Part shown: one piece after another, positions 1 to 12,000 of the stretch | How the letters are laid out: each line of letters begins with the position of its first letter | How positions within the stretch are numbered: position 1 is the stretch's first letter | Assembly (NCBI GenBank): GCA_958009085.1 | Contig: OY253668.1 | Coordinates: forward strand, 1,984,001-2,048,000 | Direction: 5' to 3' | DNA: 64,000 bases | Source of the DNA: Protoeuglena noctilucae | Taxonomy: Eukaryota | Translations under genes and position numbers: made by a program | The notes under the pieces: generated by a model | Databases searched by the model: none | What the model saw: only the letters and a program-made list of their open reading frames with translations | What the model was told of the DNA's origin: nothing

Positions 1-264
1 AAGCGGGACATGCTGCGCGCTCCCGGTCTCTGCCAACACCGCGTCGTTGGCACCGAACCACACAGTGGCGAAAAGGGGCGGATCTGCTTGCGAGAGTACG
101 TGGGAGATGACCGGCTGCGCCCAGCGCGTGTTGTAGCCCGATAGGCCCCGATTCAGCACCAGGGCTTTGCGCACATAGGCATTCGCGATTTGTGCCACCC
201 AGCCGTTCTCCTGGTAGCCCTGCTGGGTCAGCGAGTCCCCCAGGAGGAGCAAGGTCGCGGGCAT
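1..264 (-). CDS. SGNH/GDSL hydrolase, isoamyl-acetate-hydrolysing esterase (IAH1)-like; 5' part only, runs off the window
   Basis: Manual translation from ATG 264 gives MPATLLLLGDSLTQQGYQENGWVAQIANAYVRKALVLNRGLSGYNTRWAQ...TVWFGANDAV. This contains the GDSL block I, NRGxSGYNTRW block II and GAND block III motifs. Confidence 0.9.
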   Translation of the reverse strand, partial: MPATLLLLGDSLTQQGYQENGWVAQIANAYVRKALVLNRGLSGYNTRWAQPVISHVLSQADPPLFATVWFGANDAVLAETGSAQHVPL

Positions 265-1009
265 GGGCTGGAGAAGCTGCTTTGCTGATGAGGCGATGAA
301 TCGATGCTAGGAAAACCCGCTCGCGCTTCACAGCGAGGGCCTGGAATGCAGGCAAGCATGAATGAACACAAGCTCCAGCATGTTTCCCTGGCGTGTTCAC
401 GTCAGGTTTCGCTTTGCTCCTCCCACCTCGCTCGTCGATGAGGCTCGCAACGCGTCGCACCAGAAAGCAACAGGCATAGCATGAATCTCAAGGAGCCATC
501 GCACTCGTCGGGCGTCGGAACTTTAGGTCGACGCCGTTGCACTTACGATGCGGATACAGTGGCGAGAGAGGCTGCGCTATGAATGTGAGAAGGACACGCT
601 GTACTGAGAAGCGACCCATCGCGAGCGCGGTGGGCTGTCGCGGCAGCCGGGCTTGCCAACGTCTGCAGTTCATCTTCGCAGCTCAACGTCTCCTCGTTCC
701 TGTCCGCAGGAGGGCGCCGGCAGGGGCAGGTGCGAGATGCTTCAACGCGCTAACATGGAGAGAAGCGTTCCTTCGCGTCTGACGCGAGGATCGGACGCAG
801 GACTGTCCTCTTCGCTTTGCCCAGGCCTACGTCTCGCTGTGACCCGCCCTGCGCAGGCTGATGGGTGTACCATATGCTGACCTCTTCTCGCACACAGGGG
901 CAGGGGTGGACGTGGCGGAGCGTGGGGCGGCCGGGCGACGCGAGGTGCGTCACACATCTGCAACCTCGCGCGCCTCGCAAGCCTCGCGCGAGCGCCTCAC
1001 GCGCCGCGC

Positions 1010-4000
1010 ATGTCCTCATTCGCAGAAAGGGGGTTTCCACTGACGTCGCCCGGAAGGGGATCGGCGGCGCAGGGCGGCCAGGATGCGAAGCTCAGCGCTG
1101 GCAACCGGGTGAGCACGCTCCCTTTCGCTCTGCACCGCCAGCGCTTTCTCGATTTCATGGTCGCGCCTTGTCGACGTCCATCGCCTCCGCTCACTGCAGC
1201 TCCTGTCGAAGGCAGGGAGGTCGCCAGCAGGGTTTGGTCGGTCGAACTGGCGAGGCAAGCGCGGGGGCGCCACGGCTGGGAACGGGCGCGGCGAACCGCC
1301 CTCAGCAGATGGACCCAGAAAGGGTCTTTCACCGCCTAAGGTATGCGTGCGTCGCGCTGACGGGCAGAAGCGCCGGCAGGCTGGCGGGGCACTGGCCATG
1401 TCGGCAGCGACGCCCTAGACCTGCCCACCACACGCACCCTGCCGCAGGTGGACAAGGCTGAGGTGGCACGGATGGCCCAGGCAAAGCTGCGGGCCTTGGC
1501 GGGGCAGCAGGGGGCCCCTGGGCCCACGGGCGGCCAAAGCGGCGTGGACGCTTTGCTGGACCGATCCTCAGCAGCCGCCTCGGCAGTCGCAGGCCCCAGG
1601 AAAGGGTTCGGCGCACCGGCTGCCGTGACCAAGGGTTTCGGCGCCGCGCCCGCCGTGAGCGGCTTCGGTGCTGCACCTGCCCTGGGGACCACCCCTGGCG
1701 TGCCATCCGCGGGCATCCGGCCTGTGTTGGGCTCTCCCGAGGTGCTCCCAGCGCACGGGCCACGTGTGGGCTTCGGCGGGTCCCCTCCGCAATCGACTGC
1801 GGGGGCGGGCGTGTCGACGTTCGGCGCCGTGACGGGGCCATCGACGGGGTTTGGGGCGGTTGCTGCTTTGTCGGGGACGGCCGCGCCTTTCCGCCCTGCC
1901 CAGGCAGCGACTCCGCCACAGCCGGCGATGTCGTCGTCGCCGTTCCAGACGCAGCCAGCCGTGGCAACGAGCTCGTCGTCTCCACAACCTGCGTTCGGGT
2001 TTGGTGCCGCAGCCAACCCAGCTCAGAGCCAGGCGGGGCCCAAGCCCAGTCCCGCCTTTGGCGCTTGGGCCTCTGCGGCCGCCAGCGCGCCGAGCGCTGC
2101 AACAAGCGCTCCGTTTGGCGCTGCACCGACCGCTTCGTTCGGCTCTGCATTTGGCGCTACCCCGGCCCAGACAGGGCCAAGGCCGCAGCTGGGCTTCGGC
2201 GCTGCAACCATCTTTTCACCAAGCTCTGCGTTCGGTGGTGCTGCAGCTCAGGGAGGGTCGGGGCCGCAGCTGGGCTTTGGCGCTGGGTCTGGTCCAGCGT
2301 CCACCTCTGCACCAAGTGCTGCGTTTGGCGCTGCCCCTGCCCAGACAGGGCCAAGACCTCAGTTGGGCTTCGGTGCTGCATCCAGCCCTACTTCAGGCTT
2401 TGCCTTCGGTGCCGCATCAGGCGCCGCGTTTGGCGCTGCCCCATCCCAGGCGTCGCCGTTCGCTGGCAATGCTGGGACATCCTCGGCGGGCCTCTCCTTG
2501 CTTTCCAGTGCCTCTACGCAGCCCACGAGCGCAGCCGCCTTGCTGACAGCCCAGGGGCAGCCGTCGCAAGGCAGCTCGGCCATGACGCCCGCCACGACCG
2601 CCGATGCCCCGACCGACCCCACGAGCAAGCGGGCGGCCGAGGGCAGGGCCGCTCGGTTCCGAGGTGACTGACGCAGAGGCCACGATGCTCGACGGTCACA
2701 CTTGCCGGGCGATGCTCGACGGTCACACTTGCCGGGCACGCGTGACATCGCGGCATCGCAGCAGTGCACAGGACTCCACAATCGTCTTGCCCATGCATTT
2801 CTGCGCGCCGCAAACCCAAGCGCCCTCCGCCCCTTGCCTGCAGCCGAGCAGGCCGGGGCGGCTGCCACGGTCGGTCAGCTAAAGGGCGGCCCGGGCAAAG
2901 CGGTGGGCGTGACCGATGGCGGCGTGGATCCGATCGAGAGGCCGATTGCAGGAAACATCGTGGGTATGTGCGACAAGATGTGTTCGGATGCGGAGGTGGA
3001 AGAGCGGATGAACTCGCCTCATGTGCTGGAGAGGGCTGACCCACGGCAGAAGGCGAGTGGGATGAGATGCGGGAATGCAGGGTGGCGGAGTGCGCATGGG
3101 ATGAGATGCACACGGCAGGGATAGAATGGCCGCTTTCGCGATTCCCTTGCTTACTAGCTTGCCTTTCGCGACTACGGCCCCCCAGGTCTCTCGGGAGTTG
3201 ATGGTGGCGCATCACAGGCGCAACAACAATTACTGGCAGGACAGAAACATCGACCTCGCGACGGTGCTGCGGACACTGCCCGCCCTGGAGCGTACGCAGC
3301 ATCACCTCATCTCCCTGTTCACCCGAACTGACGTGGTGAGCAAGCCACAGTGGGACGATGCAATCGCAGAGAAGCGGGCATCAAACGAGGCCTCTTGCGG
3401 TGCAGGGTGGCCGCGCCTGGGCATGCCGCGGGCGCTGTTGCGGTACAACATCGCCACGATCCCCTCGCGCCCTCCTCCACTCCTCCCCTCCGATCCCCTC
3501 GCCCCCGCAGCCCCGAATGACCATCTACAACTTCGTGTGGGACCGCTTCCGCGCCATTTACAAGGAGCTGGACACCCAGGGGCTAAAAGGGCCACGCGGG
3601 GTGCGCCTCATCGAGCAGCACGTTCGTTTCATGCTCGTGCTGCACCACGGTGAGTGAGACGCGCAGTTTAAATCTGGAAGCGTTTGGTTATGCTGTGTGC
3701 TGCACAACGGTGAGTAGCAGTCACTTCATTGCCCCCGGTCTCACCCGTCACTTGTCTGCTGCTTTCCCACCCACTCCCACACACTCACCTGTCACTCGCC
3801 CAACGCTCTCCCACCCACTCACCCACCTCCTCTCTCACCCCCCCGCCCCCCCAGAGATGGCGGAGTCGAAGCAAGACCACAAGACGTTCAGCGAGGGATT
3901 CGACCCAGGCAATAACCTCCAGCAGCTCGAGACTTCTCTCAACTTCCTCGACCACGGGTACAAGATCGCCAGGGCACGGGGCGCGCCACTCCCAAATGAG

Positions 4001-7000
4001 GCCGAGTTTCGTGCCTACATGCTGGTGCGGGCGGCCGTGTTACACGAGAGACTGGACGGCGTGCTCAAGCACTTCACGGAGCTGCCGCAGAAAGCCCTGG
4101 TGTCGGGGCCCGCGTGGTGGGCCCTGCGTGCCGTGGCCGCGATGCAGCCCGGAGAGGGAGGTGAGGGGCGGGGAGAGGGAGGGTGGGGCGTGGTGACCGG
4201 GCAGCTCAGCGAGGGAGGTGAGGGGCGGGAGAGGGAGGGGTCATGCCATGCGCTCAGCCCATGCAACGAAAGACTCTCCCTTACCCTCCAATGCCCTGAG
4301 CGACGGCTTTTGCTTCCGCTGCACATGCACATTCGCATGCACATACACTTGCGCGACCCCTCCCATCGCCTTCACCCCTTGAGCGTGGGCGTCTGAGCTT
4401 TCGCACCCGCTTTCGTGCCCAGGCATCTTCGTCCGTTTCTTCCGGGCGCTGGAGCGCGGCCCTCCCATCCAGGCCTGCTTGCTCTATGAGGCCACCACCC
4501 TCATGCGCGTGCGGGCGGTGTCGCGGATCGTGAGGGCCATGCCACCCAAGGGCCGGCTGCCTATCGTCGAGCTGGCTGCGCTACTCGGAGCGGCCGACCC
4601 GAAAGACGTGGTGGATGTGGTGGTGGCCATGGGCAGCCATGACAAGGCCGATGCTGGGGCTCAGGCTGAGGATGGAGGGCAGGCTGATGGGGCCCAGGTA
4701 GATGCGGGGGGGGCAGGGCAATGCGACTTGCTGGTGGAGGACGAGCGGCTGGGCCTATGCCTGTCTCGGTGAGCGGTGCGGGGGTGCGCGTGCATGTCTG
4801 CTGCGCACGACTCTGTGAGCGGTGTGGGGGTGCGTGTGTGGGTGTGCGCCTGTTGGCATAAATGGTGCGGGGGTGCGCGTGTGGCTGTGCCTGTCAGCAT
4901 GAGCGGTGCAGGGGCGAAGGGCGCCGTTCTGAGTACCAAGGGTGGTGCCAAGGGACGCGACGCTCTCACGTCCACGCCCAACGCCCTCGCGTCCACGCCC
5001 GCAGGGAGAGGGAGGTCCCCAGTACGCAGGACGTCGTGAGCGCCGTGCAGAAGGCCGTGGGCACGAAGCCACTGCCAGGTGACGAGGGCAGAGACGGCGC
5101 ATGGCGACGGCATAGCACTACAGATAGCACCTGTGGCATGGCAGGGGTAGCATCAAACATCTCGCATAGCACTACAGGTGGCACCAGTAGCATGGCAGGC
5201 GTAGCAACACGACCCTCCTGCTGACCCGCCCCGCACCGCCCTTGCTCGCAGCCATCCGCGCGCGGCTGTTCGAAAACGGGCGCTCCATGACGGATATTCT
5301 GCTAAACGGGGACGGAATGGGGGCGGACGCGGGGGCAGCGATGGACGTGGCAGCTGCGTCGGCGCAGGCACAGAGACCGCCGGTGGCCTTCTCTGCCCCG
5401 ATGCGGATCACGGCGTTCACCCACAGCGTCCCGCCATCCGCGAAGCCCGCCGGGGTGACCGCGACTGGCTTCTCTGGCCCTCTTGCGGCCCACCTGTCAA
5501 GCACAGCTGCAGCCGGCCTGTCTGGTACGGTCGCCAGACAGGCGCCTGGGCCCCAGGTGCCGTCCGGGGTTCCTCCCGGCCCGGTCGCCTCCCAGGCGCC
5601 GGCCCCGCAGGGTCTGCGGCGCACCTCGTCGCGCCTGGCGCTGGGAGAGGGGAAGGCGGCGCCGGAGTCGACGCGAAGGGCGGAGGCGGAGGTGGCGGGG
5701 CGGGTGCGGGAGGCGGAACGGGCTGTGGCGTGGGCGGGGGAGCAGGCCGCGACGGCGCGTGCGGCGCTAAGCGAGCCGTGGGACGCAGACGAGGCGGCGA
5801 TGGGGGCGCGGGTGGCGCAGGCGGCTGATGCAGCGCGCGGGGCTGCGACGGTGGCCAGCCAAGTGCAGGCGCTGCACCGGGAGTGCCGGGAGACGCATCC
5901 GGCGCTGGCGGAGTCAGCGAAGGCGCTGGCATCGCGCGCCGATGCGGCGGCGAAAGCGGCGGCCGAGGTGGCAGGGGCGGTGCGGGAGCGTGCGGGTGCA
6001 GAGAGTCGCGAGCGGCAACGGCGGGCGGCTGAGGTGAGGAGACGGCGGTAGCAGCGTGGGAAGCGTCGCGTTTGGTATATGCGCACCACTACCTGCATGC
6101 ATAGCGGAGCCTGGTGGCACACGCAGGCGGCGGAGCGAGCGCGGGCGGCGGCAGAGGCGAGCGCGCGGGAGCGAGAGTGGCAGCGGGAGAGGGAAGCGGA
6201 GGCCGAGAGACGGCGCGCGGCGGAGGCGGCGGCACGCGAGAGCACGGAGAGGGCCGAGCGGGAGCGGCGGTGCGTTGCGCTCGCGACTGGGGTGTGACTG
6301 GGACGACGGCGCTCGCCTTGCCTGGTCCTAGCAATCAGCCCTACGCGCTTTCCGGTCGCAGGAGGATCGTGCGGGAGCAGCGGCAGGAGGCAGCGGCGGC
6401 TCGGGAGCGCGAGGCATCGCTTCGCCTGCGCCTGCGGATGTGGCGGCGTCAGGCGGCGCGGCTGCGGGAGGCGCGGGACCGAGAGGAGCGGCACTGCACG
6501 CTGCTGAGCGAGTGCGCCGTCGGCGCCGCGCTCGCCGGCCGCGCGTCGTACGCCTCCGTTCTCAAGCGGCCCCCCTCTGGGGCAGCGCCTCGGGAGGGCA
6601 AGCGCGCGAGAGTGGAGGCCCCGTGGCAGGTGGTGGATGTGTTGGATGCCGTGAGAGCGGGGCTCCTGCGCCGGGAGGGCGTGGCTGAGGTTGGCAACGC
6701 CGAGGGCAGAGTGGCTTGCGTCAAGGTGGCCATGGCCACCCACAACGGCCCCGCCTCCCGCATGGCGCAACACCTGGTGGCGAGGGCGCTGGGGGGCGGC
6801 GACGGGGGGCCTGTGCTCTTCACGGGCTGGTCGCCGTCGCGGGGGCTGTCGACCACGGCTGTGGGGGCCTGCGTGGTTCGGTGCGGGGCGGGGGACGCGG
6901 GACCGGGGCCCATTGCGGGGGCGTCGGGGGTTCTGGGGGTGGCGTGGGGGGGCGAGGGGGAGGCGGCGCGGCGGGCAGCAGAGAGGGTGGCGCAGCGGAT

Positions 7001-7677
7001 CCGGGAGGGAGCGGGGCCCGAGTGGCCGGTGACCGTGGCGGTGGTGACGAGCGGAGACGGGGGTGCGGGTGCGGGTGCAGGTGCGGGTGTGGGTGGCAGT
7101 GGAGTTGCATGGCGAGAGTTCTCTGCGGACCCCGGCGGCCTCAGCGCTGCGCTGGGAGAGGCGCTGGGGTGGCTGGCGTCCCGCGCGCCGCCGGACCCCC
7201 AGCTCTGGTCTCTGCGGNNNNNNNNNNNNNNNNNNNNNNNNNNNNNNNNNNNNNNNNNNNNNNNNNNNNNNNNNNNNNNNNNNNNNNNNNNNNNNNNNNN
7301 NNNNNNNNNNNNNNNNNNNNNNNNNNNNNNNNNNNNNNNNNNNNNNNNNNNNNNNNNNNNNNNNNNNNNNNNNNNNNNNNNNNNNNNNNNNNNNNNNNNN
7401 NNNNNNNNNNNNNNNNNTCACCAAGCCCGCGATGCAAGAGCGGCGGCGCGGCACGGGGCCTGCGGACGCCTCTTCGCACCGGGGGGACCTGGCCGTCAGC
7501 GTGACGAGGCCATCGAAGGTCCCTGCGACGGGGACCGCGGGGCTGGCACCCCGGGCTTGCCTTGAGGGGGTGGCACCCGGGGCTCGCCTTGAGGCCGTCT
7601 TGCGCCTCGAGCGCGACCGGCGCCGCGAGCACGAGGCGTGGCTGCGGGGCGTGCTGGAGAGCCCCGCGCCCGTGTAG
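1010..7677 (+). CDS. SAC3/GANP-family (TREX-2 scaffold) protein with N-terminal FG-repeat region; multi-exon
   Basis: Exons 1010-1108, 1200-1340 and 1448-~2663 join in frame and the third is FG-rich. SAC3 motifs follow: IVGMCDKMCSDAEVEER, LRTLPALERT, IYNFVWDRFRAI, EQHVRF, PNEAEFRAY, IFVRFFR. The C-terminus is Ala/Arg/Glu-rich. Continuity across the N gap and the stop at 7677 are inferred. Confidence 0.85.
7218..7417. other. Assembly gap (200 N)
   Basis: Run of N inside the 3' part of the SAC3/GANP gene. Confidence 1.
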
Positions 7678-7865
7678 CCGCCGCAGCTAGGCGCGGCAGT
7701 CCTTGAACCAACTTGGGACCAACGTCGTGAAGCACGGCAGCCATGGAACCAACGCGGGTTCGAGATTCGCAGACCCTTAACGTGCTTCAAGCTACCTGCT
7801 TCTACCCCAGCTAGCGTGGCACCAGCACCAACCCGGCATAGCCACGCGCGTCCCTGCAAGCCCCT

Positions 7866-8646
7866 TTACTCGGCGCCTTCGCTGCCGTCCCTGGCCTGCC
7901 GCAGCTCCTGCACGCGCCTTTGCACCCGCCCTGGCTCCCCGCCGGTGTTGACCAGGTCCGCACCCCAGTCCGCCATGTGCAAGACCGCCGCTGCCAACAA
8001 ATCACGCTTAGCCTGGGAGTCGCTCCTACCCATGTCATCAACCGCGGTATAAAGGGGCGTCCAGCCCTTGGAGTCCCGCGCCTCTAAATTCGCCCTAGCC
8101 GCCATCAGGAGGTTTACGCAAACGGGATGCAAAACACGATGCATTGGGGTATCCCGGTACTCCTCGCTATAAAGGCCATTTGGGTCCGCCCCCGCGGCCA
8201 GCATGACCGCCGTCAGCCTCGCTGCCTTCGCCGGGTCTGGATGCGTGACTGCGTCCAGAGGCACCAAGGTCTCCATGGAGTAGCCGCCCGCGTTGCGGGG
8301 ATGGTACATGGCCGTCTTCTCGGGCAGCACGAACGACGGCAAGTTGCCACGCTGCATCTTCCAGAACCAAGGATGTGTCAACATCTGCGCGCAGAAGCCA
8401 AATGCCGCAGGTCATCAGTCGAAGGTCATCCCTCGCACCCCGCGTCGTCCCTGACTTGACTTGAGCCCCGCTGTTTTTACACTGCCTTCGCACAAGCGAC
8501 ATTGGCTCTCGACGGGAGCTGCCATGCGCGACAGCGACGCTGACCTGGATCTCAAGTAGCTCCACGTCGGTCCGCAGCCCCTCGCCAGACCATACGGCCA
8601 CCCCATCTGGTGCCTTGCAATCCTTAAATGCATGAAAAGATGTCAT
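7866..8646 (-). CDS. Small ankyrin-repeat protein, two exons (8646-8545, 8384-7866)
   Basis: Ankyrin motifs LAAGADPN...DTPMH and LLMAARANLEARDSKGWTPLYTA. A GT-AG intron at 8544-8385 joins the exons in phase 0. Confidence 0.75.
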
Positions 8647-9066
8647 TGTGGCCTCTGGACCCTCGAAAGCGCGCTGCAGCTGTTGGTGCCGCTGGCAGCG
8701 GGGTTGCTGACAGCAGGTCGAAATTCAGACACAGCACAACCAAATACTGAAAAGGCCATGGGACGGATTGCCGATGTGTGGGTCAGAAGTCGGCTGAATG
8801 GCTTGCTGCAGGCTCACAGACGTGCCCAATACGTCGCGGCACTCATTCAATGCATGCCCACTCTATACGCGCTCTCTGCTGCGTTGGGCATGCGAAAGGG
8901 AAGGAACGGGGACAGGGAAGGGCGCTCGGCACCAAATCGCGCATGCCAGCTGCCAAATCACGCATAGTACCTGCGGACTAACGCACGCCGGCTGCAACTC
9001 ACGCATGCCAGTGGCGGACTCACGAATGACAACTCTCGACTCATGCAAACAGCTTTTACCGCCCCG

Positions 9067-12000
9067 CTACTTGCCACCGGCGGGCGCCGCGCTCGGCCCG
9101 TCTTTGCCGCCGGCGAGCTGCGCAACAGCACGGAGTGAAGTCATGTTACGCCTCTCCCGCACTCTCACAGCCCAGCCAACGCCCCCCCGCCGCTCCCCAC
9201 AGCTGCAGCCAGCGTGTATCTCCCGTACCCCCGCCTCACCTCCCGCTCGAGTTTCTCTCTCCTCGCCCTGTCGACGGCCGCCTTTTGCTGCAGCGCCGCC
9301 CTCTCCATCTCCAGCAGGTTGCGGAACCTCCTCCCCAGCAACACGCGCGCCAGGAACTCCGCAACAACTGTGTAGGCCCGGGCGAGCGGGCTCTGGCTCG
9401 ACTGCTCTCAGGGCGAGGGGAGGGGAGGGCGAGGTGGTTAGGTCCCACACGTTGCGAGGATCAGTGGCAAGAGACAGGTCTACGAGCTTGGCTGTGTGCC
9501 ATGTTGATGGAAAGTCAGTCAGCCACGTTGCGATGTCATCGCAGATCACAGGCGTCCTCCCTCTGACTGTCTCCAGTCCTTGCCTGGTAAGTGAGGTCAG
9601 GCTGGTGGATGTCGAGCATCTCAGCGACCATGGCCTCGACGTTCATCGCGGATGGCAGCATGGCGAGCATCTTGCCCACACGCTGCACCTCGTCCCGCGT
9701 GTCGCGGATGTAGGGCGTGAGCATGTAGAGGTACAGGGCCGTCGCCAGGCATGCCGTGGCCATCAGCCCCGCCTCGATCGCCACCACCTGCAGCAGCGTG
9801 GTGTAGATGCGCTGCACCTGCCGCAGCGCCAGCATCATGATGCCGTCCGCCACCTCGTTCTTCCCCACGTCCCACAGTAGCTGGAAGTCCGAAGACGATC
9901 CGGTCATGTAATTCACGGGGTCGTCCTCAGGGCCGCTCGAGGCCGCCGCCTGGTGGCTCGCCGTCGAGAAGTACACCTCCATGAGCACGCCCAGACCGTG
10001 CCCCACGGCACTGTACATGGGGTCGGACGCAGTGCGGCACTGGGACTTGTCCAATCGCAGGCATGACTCGCTCTGCACGATGTTGACCTGATAAGGGTCC
10101 TTGAGCACTGCGGGCGGGGGGCGGCAGGTGGGGGCGGGCGTCATTGCATAACACGGCACGACACCCTCGCTTTGGGTAAAGGTGAGGGTAGCGATGCGCA
10201 ATCTAATGAGCTCTCGATCGAGAATCTCGATCAGATCAGCGGTGAATGATGGAAGCCAATAGGCAATTCCCGACCCTCTGCATTTACAACTTCCGCATTT
10301 ACAGCTCTCGCGTGCCAGACGGCAGCAGCTCTCGCCTGAGCCCGTGAGGTGGAGGTCTGCGTTGCCGTGCAGGAGTCCCTGCCAGAGCGTCTGCGTCTGC
10401 TGGATCTGCGTCAGGAGCTGCTGCCTCGCGTACGACACCTCCATCTCCCAGTTGACCACCGTCATCTGATTCACCCAGTACCGAATCTTGGCCGTCTCTC
10501 CCAGCAAGCGCTCGGTCGCAACCAGGTCGCGCGAGGGGTTGCCGATCTGGATGATGGCCACGTAGGACGCCATGTGCAGCCCAAACACGACGCACGTGAG
10601 CAGAATCATTGGGGCCATCAGGTAGCTGATCTGCGGCAAGCGGGGCAAGGGAGGCTGACCGTCACGATCGGCACGCAAGCGGGCGCGCCTCTGGCCCTCA
10701 GCGCCGGGCCAGCACATCTCAACACTCCGTCTTAGTATCACTACATGCACTCGTGTATCTAAAGATCCCGTCTTCCACTACAAGCCCCTTCCACTACTGT
10801 CTCCTTACCTTGCGCTTGGTGCGTGTGTCCATCTCCATCGTCTTCTCCGGCTTTCGCCACTCGAACAGACCCGACTGCTTGCCGCCGACCACCATGGAGT
10901 CATCCAAAGCAGCGTTGGCGGCCGCCGACCCGTCGTCTGCCTCCGTCACCTCCGTCGCAAGCCTGCGAGGGCCGCGAGGTAATGTTTGGTGATGCGGAAA
11001 TGCAATCCTCAGATGCTGATGCAGATGCAGACCCTCATATGCTCCATGCTCTTCTCCCACCAGGGGGGCTGGTGATACCAACATCAAGGGGATCGGTGAG
11101 TATAATACCCAATGCCCCCTCCACGCATGCCACGCATCAGACGAGTGCGGATGACTGACACAGCACAGCACGTTGCATCATCCGCCCCCGACATCGTGCT
11201 CTGCCCTCGCTGGGCCCTCACCTGGCGAGGATGTGGCGCGGGATGGAGAGGAACAGGTTGAACATGGAGACGCGGTTGTCGTTGAGCTTGGCGATGTGCA
11301 TGTACACCGCCACACTGAACAGCGGCACCACCACCAAGCTCTGGAGCACCGCGATGATCAGCGCGATGTTCTGCAGACGCTGCATGTTGTTGACCGTATT
11401 CGACGCCTGAGCCACCAGCATCTGGTCCTGCGCGGGTACCAATGCCGAGTGCGTGTTGCGGACGACGAAATCGAAGTCCGGCTGGGATGTCATGTCCGTC
11501 ATGGTCGAGGGCTCCTTGCGGACCAACAGCAAAGTCTTCTGCACCCATCGCTCTGTTAAGGAAAGCAGCCCCATGTTGGTCGAGTAGCGGCGGGGAGGGC
11601 GCGTGTCCTCCAGGACTGTCACGTTAAGAAGGGGCTTCTGCGGGTGGCGTGAGGCGCATGTGTATGTTCAGCACGTTTGGCATGGCGAGGGCTGTTGTTG
11701 GGGGTGTGTCTAAGGCGCAGTCGCATGTTCACAGCTATGCACACCCGCCCAGCCATGCACACCCTTCACAGCCATGCACACCCCGCCCAGTCATGCACAC
11801 CCCGCACAGCGATGCACCACCTCCCCGCCCTCCCGCCCGTCTCACCTCAAACAGCGTGTCCCTGAGCCCGCTCTTGATGCCCTTGACCTTGGCCCCCACA
11901 TAGACCATCTGATTGACGCTGCTCAGCTCCTGCGCGTCGCCCGTCATGGACGTGCGGATCGCGGGCCACGCCGACGGCTCCAGGCCGTGCAGGGGGTTGA

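Noticed and set aside
2683..2737. 27-bp tandem duplication CGATGCTCGACGGTCACACTTGCCGGG; similar intronic duplications at ~5110-5210 and ~34478-34533
   Set aside because: These are two-copy intron-internal duplications with no exon sequence, TIRs or TSDs. They show only that local duplication is common.
5172..7859. 895-aa minus-strand ORF
   Set aside because: It is the antisense shadow of GC-rich SAC3 exons, runs through the N gap and has no domain motifs.
7866..8646. Ankyrin gene as a viral or transposon insertion
   Set aside because: It has a normal spliceosomal intron and no flanking repeats or mobile-element genes.
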